Assembly: GCF_046119375.1 (NCBI RefSeq)
Contig: NW_027368056.1
Location: forward strand, 1 to 52,616
Length of the DNA stretch: 52,616 nucleotides
Reading direction: 5' to 3'
Source of the DNA: Phyllobates terribilis
Taxonomy: Eukaryota
The notes below the pieces were generated by a model. That model saw only the letters and a program-made list of their open reading frames with translations, made no database searches and had not been told where the DNA came from. Shown here in pieces: positions 23,201-36,419 of the stretch (within the stretch, counting starts at the first letter, position 1; each line of letters starts with the position of its first letter). The position numbers were made by a program, and so were the translations under genes.

Positions 23201-26200
23201 AATTTGTTTGGAAATCGTACTCCTACTTGTGTAGTCAGAACATATGGAAATTTTGATGTTCCCTATGAGTTATGAGTTATAAAACATTCTTTTACTTTAA
23301 ATTACATAAAATTAGTATATAAGTAAATATTTTTACGGGCATTATTTTATTGGATTTCACGGGCATTACTGCTAATTTTATAATTTTTACTAAGCAAACC
23401 CATTCTCTCCTAAGTCCTGCATAAGCGAACCCTTTATGTCATTCATGCATTGATCATGAATTGCTATTATGACTATATTAGGTTGCTTTTTTGAACCAAG
23501 ACTTGTCAATACACTTATCATCATGATGACTGTGTTCACGTGTTCAAAATAGCAATCACATTCTATGTAGCATAGCTCATGCTTCTTATTGAGAGATAAT
23601 ATCTTATCTAAAATCTGGCTTATACTAATAAAAAATGAACCCGGTGGTTATGATGTTATGCTTTTTTGTGGGCATTGATTTCAGCTTTCAGAGCTGGTGA
23701 ATAGGGAAGAATATGGTGGTTGGTTGAATTCAGTGGCAGAGTTCACTGTGAAGTCCTTACAGTCATGGAAGGTTTTTTTTAGCTTCTTCTACTTCTCAAT
23801 AATTCACAGATTATTTAGCTTCTCCAATAACAGTGAAAATGGAAAACTTTTACTTGTTTGTACATAATCCTAATCAGTTGTTATTACTAATTGAACATTT
23901 GCTCTTAGTGGGCGAGAAGCAGTGTATACTATCTACTTGGGCTGTGGTCTCGGATGGTAACATCCCTGCCCTATTTTAAGGAAGGCACTGCTCACCTGGA
24001 AGATTATGTTCCCATGATTTTGCAAAGTTTCATATCTTCAAGATTTGATTCTCTTCAGGTTTGATGCACTAAATCAGCTTATTTTGTAATTGTTCTGTTC
24101 CTATCTTTTCTGGGGTGTAATATTATGTTTTGGGCAGGGTGAAGACATTTCAGAAGACCCTCTTGACAATACTGAAGTGCTTCAAGATCAGCTTGATTTT
24201 CTGCCACATCTATGCAGATTTCAGGTGTGTTGTCTAATGCCTCTTAGACTTAGTTTGTATATTCTGAAGCTGTATTCCTAATGAAATTTGATATATTTGT
24301 TCCTGCTTTGCAGTATGAAGGTTGTGGAACCTACATTATGACAATTATGGACCCAATTTTGCAGGCCTATGTGGTATTTCGACTATCTTGGATCTGTTGT
24401 CATCTTTTCTTTTAGCCCCCACTTAGTTCTCTAATATGGTTGCATGTATCTCTACAACTGCAATTATCTGGGCAGAGTGCAGCAGGAATCCAGGATAATT
24501 TCAATACTGATAAATATGAAATCTTGGAGCACCAACTTGCTTGGATAGTGCACATTATTGCAGCCATTCTTAGAGTTAAACAATATTCTGGCCCAAGGTA
24601 AAATAAATTATTATAATCATTTAGAACATTATGTGAAGATTAGTAATCTTATCATGTTGTTGCTCCTGGCAGTGTGGAGCTGCAACAAACAATAGATGCA
24701 GAACTCTCAGCTCGTGTATTTCAGTTGATAAATGCTATGGACAGCGGAGTGCACTCTCAGGTATTGTGTAACGAAGACTTCTGCAGTATTCTTAAATTTT
24801 GTTGCTGGAGAAAGATGCTAGAGAAAGTTCATAAGCGTACGTAGTGAATACAAAAATGAGGAACTTTTGGATCATTTTGGAAAGTTAGTAAGCAGAATAT
24901 AAGTTTCTAATACTTCTATACTCCTCACCTGCTCTCTGGTTATTATTGATAATATTTTCGCCTGTTACATTGCACATCACATCCTATAATCATTATATAT
25001 CTATTTGGTTGAAGTCATTATTAGGGTGTTACAGGTAGGGCTAGGTTTTTTTGTGTGCTTATATTATACTTCGGTATTTCTTGCATTGGTTTGTTTCTTC
25101 AGTATTCATCTTTGTTTTGACTGACTTGTCAAAGAATGCTTCTTATGCATGCCTTGTTGTATTTTCTTCCTTTGCTTCATGCAGAGATATTCTGAACAAA
25201 GCAAGCAGAGACTTGATCTTGCAGTTCTCTCATATTTTGAAAGTCTCAAGAGGTCTTACATAGGTGATGATGCAATGCACGCATCTAAGGTATATATATT
25301 TGAGAAAAAGGACATTATTTGACTACATCTACTAATGAAAAAGGTTCTAGTCTTATTTTTATCATTTACTTGCAGCAATTCTATGTTCGACTCTCATCAC
25401 TCGTTAGATTGCATGACCATCTGTTGGTCTTGAATGTAATGATTCAAAAGCTAGCTTCAAATCTGAGGTTTTATGTAGAGGTAAATGTAAATTTTGTTAT
25501 GTATAGAATCAGTCTTTCATATGCAGGACTTCATCCTCTGATTTTATTTCTTTTGCAGAGTAAAGAGATCATCGATCAAACTTTGAAATTCTTCCTGGAA
25601 ATGGCATCAGGGTTCGTTTTTCGTAAGAAATTTATTATTTCAGTTTTGACTTTTGAGGTCATGCTTGCCGTAATTATGTGAAGCTTGAACAGGTATATGA
25701 CTGCAAAGCTACTTCTGAAGCTGGACTCAATTCAGTACATCATACTGCACCACAGTGTAACATAATTCTCTTCTAATGATTTCATTACTGCAGTTTTAAA
25801 CCTGATATTACACGTAACAATGAATACTGATTTAATTGCTTCTCCATCTAGCGAGAGCACTTCCCATTTCAGGAAAATTATGAGTTAACTTGCTCAAGAA
25901 CAACCTTTTACTATGCCATCAGCTCACTTATGTTTGCAGACGACAATCTCTCAGTTACTTTTAAACGCTTCATGGAGCCACTCTGGCAGGTAGTGCAAAC
26001 ATATAATTGTTTTCGTTTAAATAAAGAAATAAGATTCTATAAAGGACATATACTTTCAACAAAAATAAAACTAAAAGTTCAATTATATTCCCATAAGGTT
26101 TCGGTGAGTTTAGAGCCAACTCCTGATTCGTTGTTCCGCAACGACGGTATAAAATACGCATTAATTGGGTTGGCACGGGATCTTAGAGGAATTGCAATGG

Positions 26201-28773
26201 CTGCTAGCAGGTGATTGATTACATAATCCTTTCACATGGCATGCTTCTCATTTAACAAGAGGAATTGTAGTGTCTATAACAGTGTCCTTTTTTTTGCAGC
26301 CGCAAGACATATAACCATCTTTTCAATTGGTTGTATCCAGCACATATGCCTCTTCTCTTGAGAGCTGTGAATCAATGGGCTGATACTCCTCAGGTATGGA
26401 ACTTACCTTCGACAAATTACAACTAGATTTTTATTTTTATTCAGCAGTTGATTGTGGAGATGTAGCACATTATGATGTATGAATCATGCTGATAGGAAAT
26501 GATGCTGTGCAGGTGACAACACCAGTGTTGAAATTCATGTCGGAGTTTGTGCAGAATAAGTCTCAGAGAATAACATTTGATCCTTCATCTGCAAATGGGA
26601 TATTGCTTTTCCGGGAAGTTAGCAAGTTTGTTGTTGCTTATGGATCAAGAATTCTCTCATTTCCAAATCAGAGTGACTTATACACCTTTAAGTACAAGGG
26701 GATATGGCTTTCGTTAACCATGTTATCTGCTGGTGTGTGCTACAATTCATTTCATACTATATATCATAGCAAACTCCCCTCTCTGCCTCCTGAATAATGC
26801 TTTTATTTTCTTCTTCCTTCTGAAAAATGAACACTGTATGAAATAAGATACATACTGTGAAATATGAATCTCAACATATATGATTTCTTTTATAGTTATG
26901 CTGTTGCTGTATTCATCTCATGTGCCCATTTCCCTGAAATTGCAGCTCTTTCCGGAAACTATGTGAACTTTGGTGTGTTTGAGTTATATGGTGATACAGC
27001 AGTGTCTGATGCTCTTCATGTTGCAATAAGGATGGCGTTGACAATTCCGTTTGCTGACATTATGGCATATAGCAAGGTATTTTAGATGCCACTTATTCCC
27101 CATAAGCTATCTCTCGTGTCTTTTGCATGACTTATGTGGATACTAGTTTAACCCGCATGCCATGGACGGAATTTATCTAATATTTTTTTACTTAAAATAA
27201 ATAATTTTTTAGATATATTATAATTTTAAAATATATATTAATAAATAATGCTAGTAAAAATATCATATTGAGTCACAATATAAGTAATTATCTTTCTCAT
27301 AGATAAAAATAATGATTGTTTTTATATAATACTTTCGTTATAATTGTGATTGTGTGTATTCTTTATTTTAGTCATTTCCCATTTTTCTTTATAGGGTATG
27401 TTTATAATCAAATGTAAGAAAATGTTGGATTCTAGTTCTTTCTCTTATAGAGATTTTTTTTCTACCTACTGTTTTCTTTTATTAAGTCAGAGTATCTTAG
27501 TCATATAATAGTGAAGGAAATGTTTATAATTTATGCTACGTATCTGTCAAATTGGATGCCATGTAATTATAGTCCAAAAATAACAATGCTCTTAAAATTT
27601 GACACGATTAGAAAACTGTTAAGAATTAATGAGAAGATGACATGTGTCCAAATCAATGAAAGACTGGCACATAGGCTGTTTTTCGTGTAGATGCAGCAAG
27701 TTATGCCCCAGACTAAATCATTTTTAATCACCATAAACTCTATAAAGCCTATTTTGCTACTGAAATGAATTGTTGCAAACATGCAATCACACATATAAGA
27801 GGTTATAATCTCTTTCCCTTGTCCTTTACGGTTCTTCCGTTTTCAGGTCACAAAAGCCTATTTCACTTTCGTGGAGATAATTCTCAGAGACCATATCAAA
27901 TTTGTTCTGAGTCTCAACACAGACACTTTCTCATATATTGTCAAGTCTCTTGAGTTAGGCCTTCAGGCTTTTGATACAGGTGTTGTATCTCAGGTGAGCA
28001 TCTACATAGACGACTTATTAAAGCTTGCAATTTATCACTATCATTTATATTCCAGTGAAAAGCATGGAAACCTTTTTCATTTTTTCAATTAATTAAAATT
28101 ATACTTTCCAGTGTGCTTCCTCCATTGATCATTTGGCAACTTGCTATTTCAACCATGTTGTGATGGGAGAGCCGCCGGCTTCACCTGTTGCAATAAATTT
28201 CGCGAAGCATGTTTCAGAAGGTCACGACGTCTTCCCAAGAGTGAGTTTTATTTCTAATACATATTGCCAATATCGTTTTCTCTCAGTGATGGACTATCTA
28301 GTAATGTGAGTGGATCTTATTCAATGTCAGATACTCAAAATGATATTTGAAATGCTTCTGTTTCAAGACAACAGCAGTACTTGGAGTCTTAGTAAACCAA
28401 TTCTCAGTTCGATTCTCATGAGTCAAGAGGTAATTGTATTAGCCTTTGCTTTTATGTGCTATATTGCTGGAAAGGCGCATATTCTAACTTAATTTCCTTT
28501 ATTTCTTATAGATGTACGCCCATGTGAAAGCACAGATCTTGGCTTCATTGGTAAGTTTTACTTAGTTTTTTGAATAGTGAGGAAAACTTGGGAGCTTTTT
28601 TTTTGCTATACTGACAGAATTAATCTGTAATCCAGCCATCAGAACAACAGCTTAGGCTTCAGCAGTGCTTTGAGAAGCTTATGGAAGATATTAGCCCAAA
28701 CCTGGAACCGAAAAACAGGGAAAAGTTCACACAGAATATGGTGAAATTTAAGACTGAATTTCGTGGAAAATAG
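20219..28773 (+). CDS. XPO7: Exportin-7 / RanBP16-like importin-beta family protein, 28 exons, 1049 aa
   Basis: Exons: 20219-20459, 20713-20873, 21379-21441, 21564-21681, 21813-21922, 22039-22134, 22545-22668, 23097-23164, 23685-23771, 23909-24058, 24138-24224, 24314-24373, 24476-24597, 24673-24760, 25185-25289, 25376-25480, 25559-25611, 25693-25756, 25852-25989, 26098-26210, 26300-26393, 26513-26732, 26946-27076, 27847-27993, 28112-28240, 28331-28429, 28512-28550, 28636-28773. All introns GT-AG; sum 3150 nt, in frame. Motifs QLEALCERLY, EFCRLLGRFK, SGNYVNFGVFELYGD. Confidence 0.93.
27143..27453 (-). mobile_element. Small non-autonomous Helitron in XPO7 intron 23
   Basis: A|CTAG at 27143 with a degenerate hairpin at 27152-27169. 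Minus-strand 5' end A|TCTCTATAAG at 27453. The reconstructed empty site is AT. Confidence 0.6.
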
Positions 28774-30160
28774 CTTGCAGTGACGGACTTGAATATCATG
28801 CTGTGGAAAAACAAGCATTGATGTACTGTTAATTATAGTTTTTATGTTTTGTTACAAAATGAAACTACATGGTGATGGTATGAATAGTTATGAGCAAGGG
28901 TAGAGGTTTGTTGAGAATTTAGCTTTGTGCATATCTTATAAACTACATAAGTTAGTTTCCTCAGAAGCTTGTGTATAGTCGATTGATTGATTGGTTAATT
29001 GGTTGATTGTAAGTGTGGGCAGGTTTCCATAGTATTTGTTAAATTGGAATTACATTAATACCATATTTACTTTGTCTGAAGAACAGTGTTTGCCTATTGT
29101 TTCTTCTACACTTGATTGGTATCCATCTGATGTAGATACTAGTAATTGTTTAATCTTTCACTCAACGATATGCTGTTATTTCGCCAGCATATTTTGCTTG
29201 CTGGCTATTCTAGATTTGCTCTCTTCTCCGATTTGGTACCCCCCATAATGAGTACTTGGAGTGTGATTTAATCTCAACATACAGCTTCCAGTCTTTTAAT
29301 GGTGGATCTCTGATTATCCATCTTCTATTAAGCAACCAATTTCTATGCTTCTAAGATACATAATTGTCAGAATGGGAAAGATGAAACTTGTAACTGTCTA
29401 TTTTATAATGGCAGCAAAGACACGTATCTTTTTTTTGATTCCTTAGCTTCTTACAACTTTCGTATGAGAAATTTGTCTCGCAGTAAATAATATTTTCGAC
29501 GGATTTTGAGATTTTATATGATTGACTATTTCGGATATTTTTATAATATTAATTTACACGGAGGAGTATAATTTTTTGGATAAGTTTGAAAGTGATATGG
29601 TGGGGCTCGGCCGTAACGTGAAAGCAAGGGCCTTACACTTGTCCAAATCGGTAGATTCATTCCGATTCATTTTTATATATAAGCCAGTTCATGTGACTAG
29701 ATCTCTCAAACCACTCAAAATCCTCACCTTGTTGAAGTGAACTTCTGAATTTCATTCCATTCCTGGTAAAGATTGCATTTGCTCTTTGATCACCAGTTGT
29801 TTAGATTTTGCTTTTTGATAATTCTGATAGATTGTGTTTGTATGAACTTTTTCAGTTCTGACTGTTGGTTACTCTGTATTAATTAATATTTGTAATGACG
29901 TGAGTGTTCATTGACCTGAACTTAATCTAATTATTATTATTATCCAATTTGTGGGCCTTTCTAGCTATCAACTGCTCCAGCCTGTGACTCACTGCTCTTC
30001 TACAAACAAGTCTTTGTTTTGGTTGAAGTATTTGCGACTCTATCGTTCATCATTGAGCTAGTCTTGATCGGTATTTGACTAAATTTCTTTCTCTTCTTGT
30101 TTATGAAGGCTGCTCAACATTGCAAGATTGACGTTGTGACAAAGCGAGGAGATAATTGAA

Positions 30161-33100
30161 ATGGAGTGTTCTAAAGCTACATGTAGTTATTCTTTTCTTC
30201 TTTTGGCTTGCTTGTTAACTGCGTCAAGCAGTTTCTGCCAGTGTCGTCGGACCCATGATCACCATCTTCGCCTAAATCAGACTGCAAACCTCCTCGTCAA
30301 TGTCTCTAAATCTGCCTCGTCGCCGATTCCTGATACCCTCTTCGGGATATTTTTTGAGGTTAATGTCAATACCCTAATTGATTTTCAGTTTGTCAACTTT
30401 TTTAGTCAATCGGGGCTTGTGTAATCTGTTGTATTCAGAGTTGTCTGGAATGCATGCGCAGGAAATTAATCATGCTGGAGCTGGCGGATTATGGGCTGAG
30501 CTTGTCAATAATAGAGGTCCATTTAACCTTTTATTATGAAATCAAACATACTCTATAATGGAAGTCATTGTACTGTAGGTGTTTGTTTAAATGATAATAT
30601 GTGATAACAGGATTTGAAGCTGGAGGACTTCACACTCCCTCTAATATTGATCCCTGGTCTGTGATTGGGGATGAAAGCACTATACAAATTTGGACTGAGC
30701 TTTCATCGTGCTTTGAGAGTAACAAGGTTGCACTTCGAATGGAAGTGCTTTGTGGTGATGATGATGGTGAAACAGTTTGTCCAGCTGGCGGAGTTGGAAT
30801 CTACAACCCTGGATTTTGGGGCATGGTACATGATACTGCATTGCTCCTTTAGTCCATAGTTATTGCCTTTTAGTTATTCTACCAATACCAAATGAAGTTG
30901 AATGGTGAACTAGTCTAATTAGCTTTAGATATGTTCTTATAGCTAAAGTTTTCCTTTTTCCTTATATAAGAAAACAACATCATTCCTTCCTTTGGTCATT
31001 GATTTTAGACTTGATTTTTTCATTGGCTTGCAGCTTTAATCATGTTTTCTATCTCTTGATTCTGTGATGCCTTTTCTTGCAGAATGTTGAAGACAGTAAA
31101 ACTTATAAAGTGGCTTTGTATGTACGCTCATCAGATGCAATCAATGTATCTGTGTCGTTAGCTAGCTCAGATGGATCACAAGTGTTAGCTTCCTCTAGCA
31201 TAATGTGAGACTTGTGACCTTTCTAAAGCTTATCATATATTTATTTTTCACTATGCTCTGCATGAGCCTCATTAAACTGGTGTGCTAATTGCAGAGCTGA
31301 TGCTTCTGCTGTTAATAATTGGACAAAGATGGAGGTCATCCTAAAAGCTAAAGGATCTAATACAAAATCAAGACTTCAGTTGACAACTAATAGAAAAGGA
31401 GTAATATGGTTTGATCAAGTCTCAGCTATGCCAGCTAATACTTATAAGGTACATATATATGTTAATTCATATTGAAGGAAATATGCCATAATTCTTCTTT
31501 CAATTTTATTTGGTACAAAAAAATGGAATTTTAGACCACGAACTTTTGATCATGTTTAGTATCTTCGTCATACATTTGCCCGATTTGTCTAACATCTCCT
31601 TTAACTTTTTTTCTGGGAAACTAATAATCTGGGGTTCTTCAGGGTCATGGATTCAGATCAGACCTAATGGACAAGCTTATCAAATTAGAGCCTAGATTTC
31701 TCAGATTCCCAGGTAAAGCTTGAGTAGTGTGATTAACATACTATTTTGTTTTTACAATGGAAGATTCCTTGTTTCTTTTGTGGGAAGATTCTATTACTTA
31801 TGCTACCTTTTTGTGTTGTCCTAGGTGGGTGTTTTGTGGAAGGGGAGTGGTTAAGAAATGCTTTCAGGTGGAAAGAAACAGTTGGACCGTGGGAGGAAAG
31901 ACCCGGACACTTTGGTGACGTTTGGATGTATTGGACAGATGATGGACTCGGTTACTTAGAGTTTCTCCAAGTAACAAATATATCCAAAAAAAAAAAACTT
32001 CTCCTGGATTTTTTGAGTTATATAGTCTGTAACCACTATTACATTTAATTGCAGTTAGCTGAGGATTTGGGTGCAGCTCCTGTATGGGTCATTAACAACG
32101 GTGTGTACAAGTAACAAGTCTCTTCAGAAATAGATCTATGCAGACTGTTTAAGTTACAATTTTGCTTCTACTCAATGCAGGAATCAGTCATCAAGATGAG
32201 GTTTCTCCCGACAGCATTGCGCCTTTTGTGCAGGTATGTAAAACGTAATAGTCAAGGTTACCTAATTACTTGAAATGTATGCCATTTTCTATTTTTGGAC
32301 ACCAACTAGCATATTTTCCGGTGCCTTGCACGGAATCTTATAATATAATTATGATAGACAAATATGAATAAAATGTAAAATAACTATAAAATCTGGATAT
32401 AATTACTACACATTCCTTGTATGGTGTCAATATTGTATAATTTAGAAAAATTTGTACCAAAAATTATAATTAAATATTTTTATTTATATATTTTTGAAAA
32501 TACAACCATTTACTTCAGAAGACATTATATAGTTCAACCAAAAAATGATAAATAAAATCAAATATTATTTGTTCATATGGTTTTTATTTTTTAAGTTTTG
32601 TCTATAAATAGATTATAAATTATTATATTATATTCATATGTATAGTCATACTTTCTATATGGTAAAAGTTTATAAGAAATAAGAAAATAACTAAAATAAT
32701 ATTTAAATAGGTAATCTAGCTTGTAAAACATATATGGAAGTCACGTATATGGTACATTGAATAGAGAAAGTGCAATTAAGATAAATATATAAGGGTAATT
32801 AAGTAAATTTGAAAATAAAATAACAATGTGGACTATCTAGATGAATGACACGTACGAAATAGAAGACCGACTTTTGTAATAGTTATAAATAGATAGATAG
32901 ATTTCCGTAATAAACATATAAATATATAATTCCCACACGGATTTTTGTGGCTATAGGAAATGCTAGACAGTCTTGAGTTTGCTAGAGGTGAGGCAAATTC
33001 GACATGGGGTTCTGTTCGAGCTGCAATGGGTCACCCTGAACCGTTTGACCTTAAATATGTTGCAATTGGAAATGAGGATTGTGGAAAGAGAAATTACAAA

Positions 33101-35066
33101 GGTAAATAACCAATGATTATATTGTTTATGAGAAGTTGCCGGAGTTTTTCTCCTGTTCTTCTAACAAAAATATGTCTTTTGTTTATTTTTAATTGGGCAG
33201 CAAACTATCTCAAGTTCTATGCTGCCCTTACAAGTGCGTATCCAGACATCCAAGCGATCTCTAATTGTGAGGCATCAAATGGGCCATTGGATCATCCTGC
33301 TGATTTATATGATTTCCATGTAAAAGCCTCTCTTTCAATTCTCTTCTACAATATGAATTAACATATTCTTGAACCATTCTTAATTAACTGGCTAATATGT
33401 TGTTGTCAGAGATACGAATCAGCTTCACGCCTGTTTTCGCTCACCCATGCTTTTGACAAATCACCTCGTAATGGTCCAAAAGTACGTGAAATGTTTCATA
33501 AAGTTTTTTTTTGTCTGAGACTCTTGAAATATTGATGCTATAATGTTTTATACAGGCTTTTGTAAGTGAATATGCTGTGACCGGTAACGATGCTGGAAAG
33601 GGGAGTCTATTGGCTGCACTGGGTGAAGCTGCTTTTCTTGTTGGTGTGGAGAAGAACAGGTCATTGTTATACTTTGATTATTATCTTTTTATGATTCATA
33701 GTGGATTAAATTGTGGATGGAAATACTTTTCAACTGAAATGCAGTGATCATGTTGCCATGGCGAGCTATGCCCCTCTTTTCGTCCATACAAACGACAGAC
33801 GGTAATGTATCATATTTTTACCCGTAAAAGATTATATCACCATTTTGAATTATTAATCTTTTAATTTCAATTATATAGATGGAACCCAGATGCTATAGTA
33901 TTCAACTCTTCACACTCGTATGGAACACCGAGTTATTGGATGCAACATTTCTTCAAAAGGTCAAGTGGGTCAACTCTTTTGAGCTCGTCTCTCCAGACCA
34001 ACTCCACTTCTCTTGTAGCATCTGCAATCTTGTGGGATAATCCTGATGATGAACAAACCTATTTAATCATTAAGGTAATTAGAATGTATTTAGTATTAAT
34101 TTCATTTTTTAATATCCTGATACATTCCTAACTAGTATCTTGACCCTGTGCTTTGCATGGGGTTAATGGTAAATATGATTTACAATGTTATAAAATTTTA
34201 TCGTATTTTTTATTTTTACTTTTGAAGTTTTTGGAATAATTGAATTTAAATTTACAAAATAAATTGAATATCATCAACCACATGAAATTAATGTTTAGAT
34301 TATCAAAAATTTCTTATTTTTGGTGTTTTTCAGAAATTGTTACTCTATGATCTTATATGACACGCGTGTAGAGAACATTTTCCTTTAACAATAAATTTTA
34401 ATATTATACTGGCATATTACCCCTTTAATTTTTCTAATGTTGATATATGTAAATAAAAGAATGGTACGTAGGGTATTATTAGAATAATTTAGTTACTTAT
34501 AAGAAATCTACATAATTACTTAATGTTACTATTTAGACCATTTCCTATAAGAAGGTAGAAGATGACAATAACTTTAACATTTATTGTTTTTGGCGTATGC
34601 TAAGTTTATAGTATATTAAGATGAGATAAGATATTAAGATAAGATTATGATAAGATAAGATGATGAAGGATTAATATACTTAATCTTCTAGGTTGTCAAT
34701 ATGGGAAGCGATTCTGCTAATGTCAAGCTCTCCATAGTTGGCCTTGATCAAGATACAGCTTACTTCAAAGGCTCAAGAAAAACTGTACTCACGTCTAGCA
34801 ACGTGATGGATGAAAACTCACTTGATAATCCAACCAAGGTATTATTATCATTAGATTTTCATGTAGATACATAGAAAGATGCTGAGATGCATGCATTTTT
34901 TTGTATGTTTTTTCAGGTGGTACCTATGTCATCTTTATTTGAACTATCAGGCACAAGCTTGAACCTCGTGGTTCAACCTCATTCTCTTACCTCTTTTGAT
35001 CTAGTGAAGGTCTCAACCTACATTGAAATCAATGGAGGGAATATCATTCCCAAGTCCTCAATCTGA
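30161..35066 (+). CDS. ASD1: Alpha-L-arabinofuranosidase (GH51) copy 1, 17 exons, 682 aa, with signal peptide
   Basis: Exons: 30161-30358, 30462-30516, 30611-30825, 31083-31204, 31295-31448, 31643-31712, 31825-31970, 32055-32100, 32181-32233, 32957-33101, 33201-33319, 33410-33481, 33556-33659, 33745-33801, 33879-34074, 34692-34838, 34917-35066. Sum 2049 nt, in frame. Motifs GIFFEEINHAGAGGLWAELV, RFPGGCFVEG, catalytic GNED and SEYA. Confidence 0.95.
32306..32901 (-). mobile_element. Non-autonomous Helitron (596 bp) in ASD copy 1 intron 9
   Basis: 5' A|TCTATCTATC at 32901. 3' hairpin at 32318-32333, then CTAG|T at 32306. Inserted in AT. The matching intron of copy 2 is only 97 bp. Confidence 0.8.
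34132..34621 (-). mobile_element. Non-autonomous Helitron (490 bp) in ASD copy 1 intron 15
   Basis: 5' A|TCTTAATATACTATAAAC at 34621. Degenerate hairpin at 34144-34162 and CTAG|T at 34132. The matching intron of copy 2 is 72 bp. Confidence 0.7.
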
Positions 35067-36419
35067 TCATAAACCCAGATTATGATGCAGTCAGTTTGCT
35101 GCTTTGTATATGAGTCTCAATTGCAGTTTAGATGTGGAGCTGTAACTTATGCTTTATAAATAATCATTTCTGGCATTCTGTTAATTACATTTTAATGTTG
35201 TGTTCTCCTGCTTTACATATTGTAGCTTCATTTATGAGAGTGCTTCATATAGAGCAAATGTTTGTAAAGGTGTAGTCACAGACTGACAATATGAAACCAT
35301 AGAATAAATAAATATGGAATGATTCTTTTAGTAAAACACCTAACTTATTATGATGTGGAATGTGATAAATGATTAAGGAACACTTTTGTATATGGAGCAT
35401 ACATTTTTGTACTAATAAAAACATGAATCAGTCAAGAATTAAGCTTGACAGTATTTATACAACAAAGACCTCATTTGCAATAGTCAGTAGCCAGTAATGA
35501 ATAGGTAGAAATTACTATGTAGAGAAATAGTTGCACTTACATAATTAGCTCTGCTGAATCCTTAGTCTAGAAGAATTTAATTAATTATTTGGTCGATTTA
35601 CCGTGCTTGGGATCTTCCTTGGTTGATTGTTGTTTTTGCAGGTTGATCTATGTTGAAAACTCAAGATTGTCATGCAGAAATTAATTGATTAATTTGAATG
35701 TGTGCCTTGTTACACTATGTTGTAAAGTTCGAATTTATTACTAGCTAGTTCCATTCTTTCCTCCTGTTTTCTCTTTAAACTTGTCATGAGTAACTAATCT
35801 ATCTTCCCTTTCATTTTACTTTTCTCCTGAGGTGAGAGGTTTTATTATTTCTATAGTAACTTAATTAGTGAGTAAACCTGATCCAATCACCAAATCTTCG
35901 CAGCAACATGCTCATATACTATTCTGATGTTTTTTTTTTTTTTTTTTTTTGATGTGTAGTGGGAGTAAATTATGAGCTAACTTGGAGTGTAATTCAATCT
36001 TAAAGTACCCTCATAGCCCTTTTTTAATGTGGCTTAGGCTTTTTTGTTAAGCAAGTAAATTCCATGCTTGTAATAGTCACAGACATGATTATAAAACTTA
36101 ACTGGTATTTTTGTACTAACAAGTGGATTAGTGGAGTTCTATACTTGTTTATCCAATTTAGATTAGCAGCAAAGGCACGCAAGAAGCAAAATAACTATTT
36201 AATATGTAGCAACTAGCTAGCAAGTACTGAGACTTATTAACAGATAAGATTTATCCTAGGTTAAGCCTCAAGTCCTGAAACATTCTGAAATTTACAATTT
36301 TAATGAAATTTAGATTTGGATAAGTTGGAGTGGGTCCCAACCAGTGACTCTAGTTAGTATGTATATAAACCCAGATATTTGGCTCCTTGTAGAAATTCAA
36401 GATTCAGTTCCTCCTAAAA

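Noticed and set aside
23520-23600. Intronic C/D snoRNA (ATGATGA box)
   Set aside because: No D box (CTGA) or terminal stem at a suitable distance.
35930-35951. Long poly-T tract as a retroposon tail
   Set aside because: No adjacent SINE/LINE body or TSD. Treated as a simple homopolymer.
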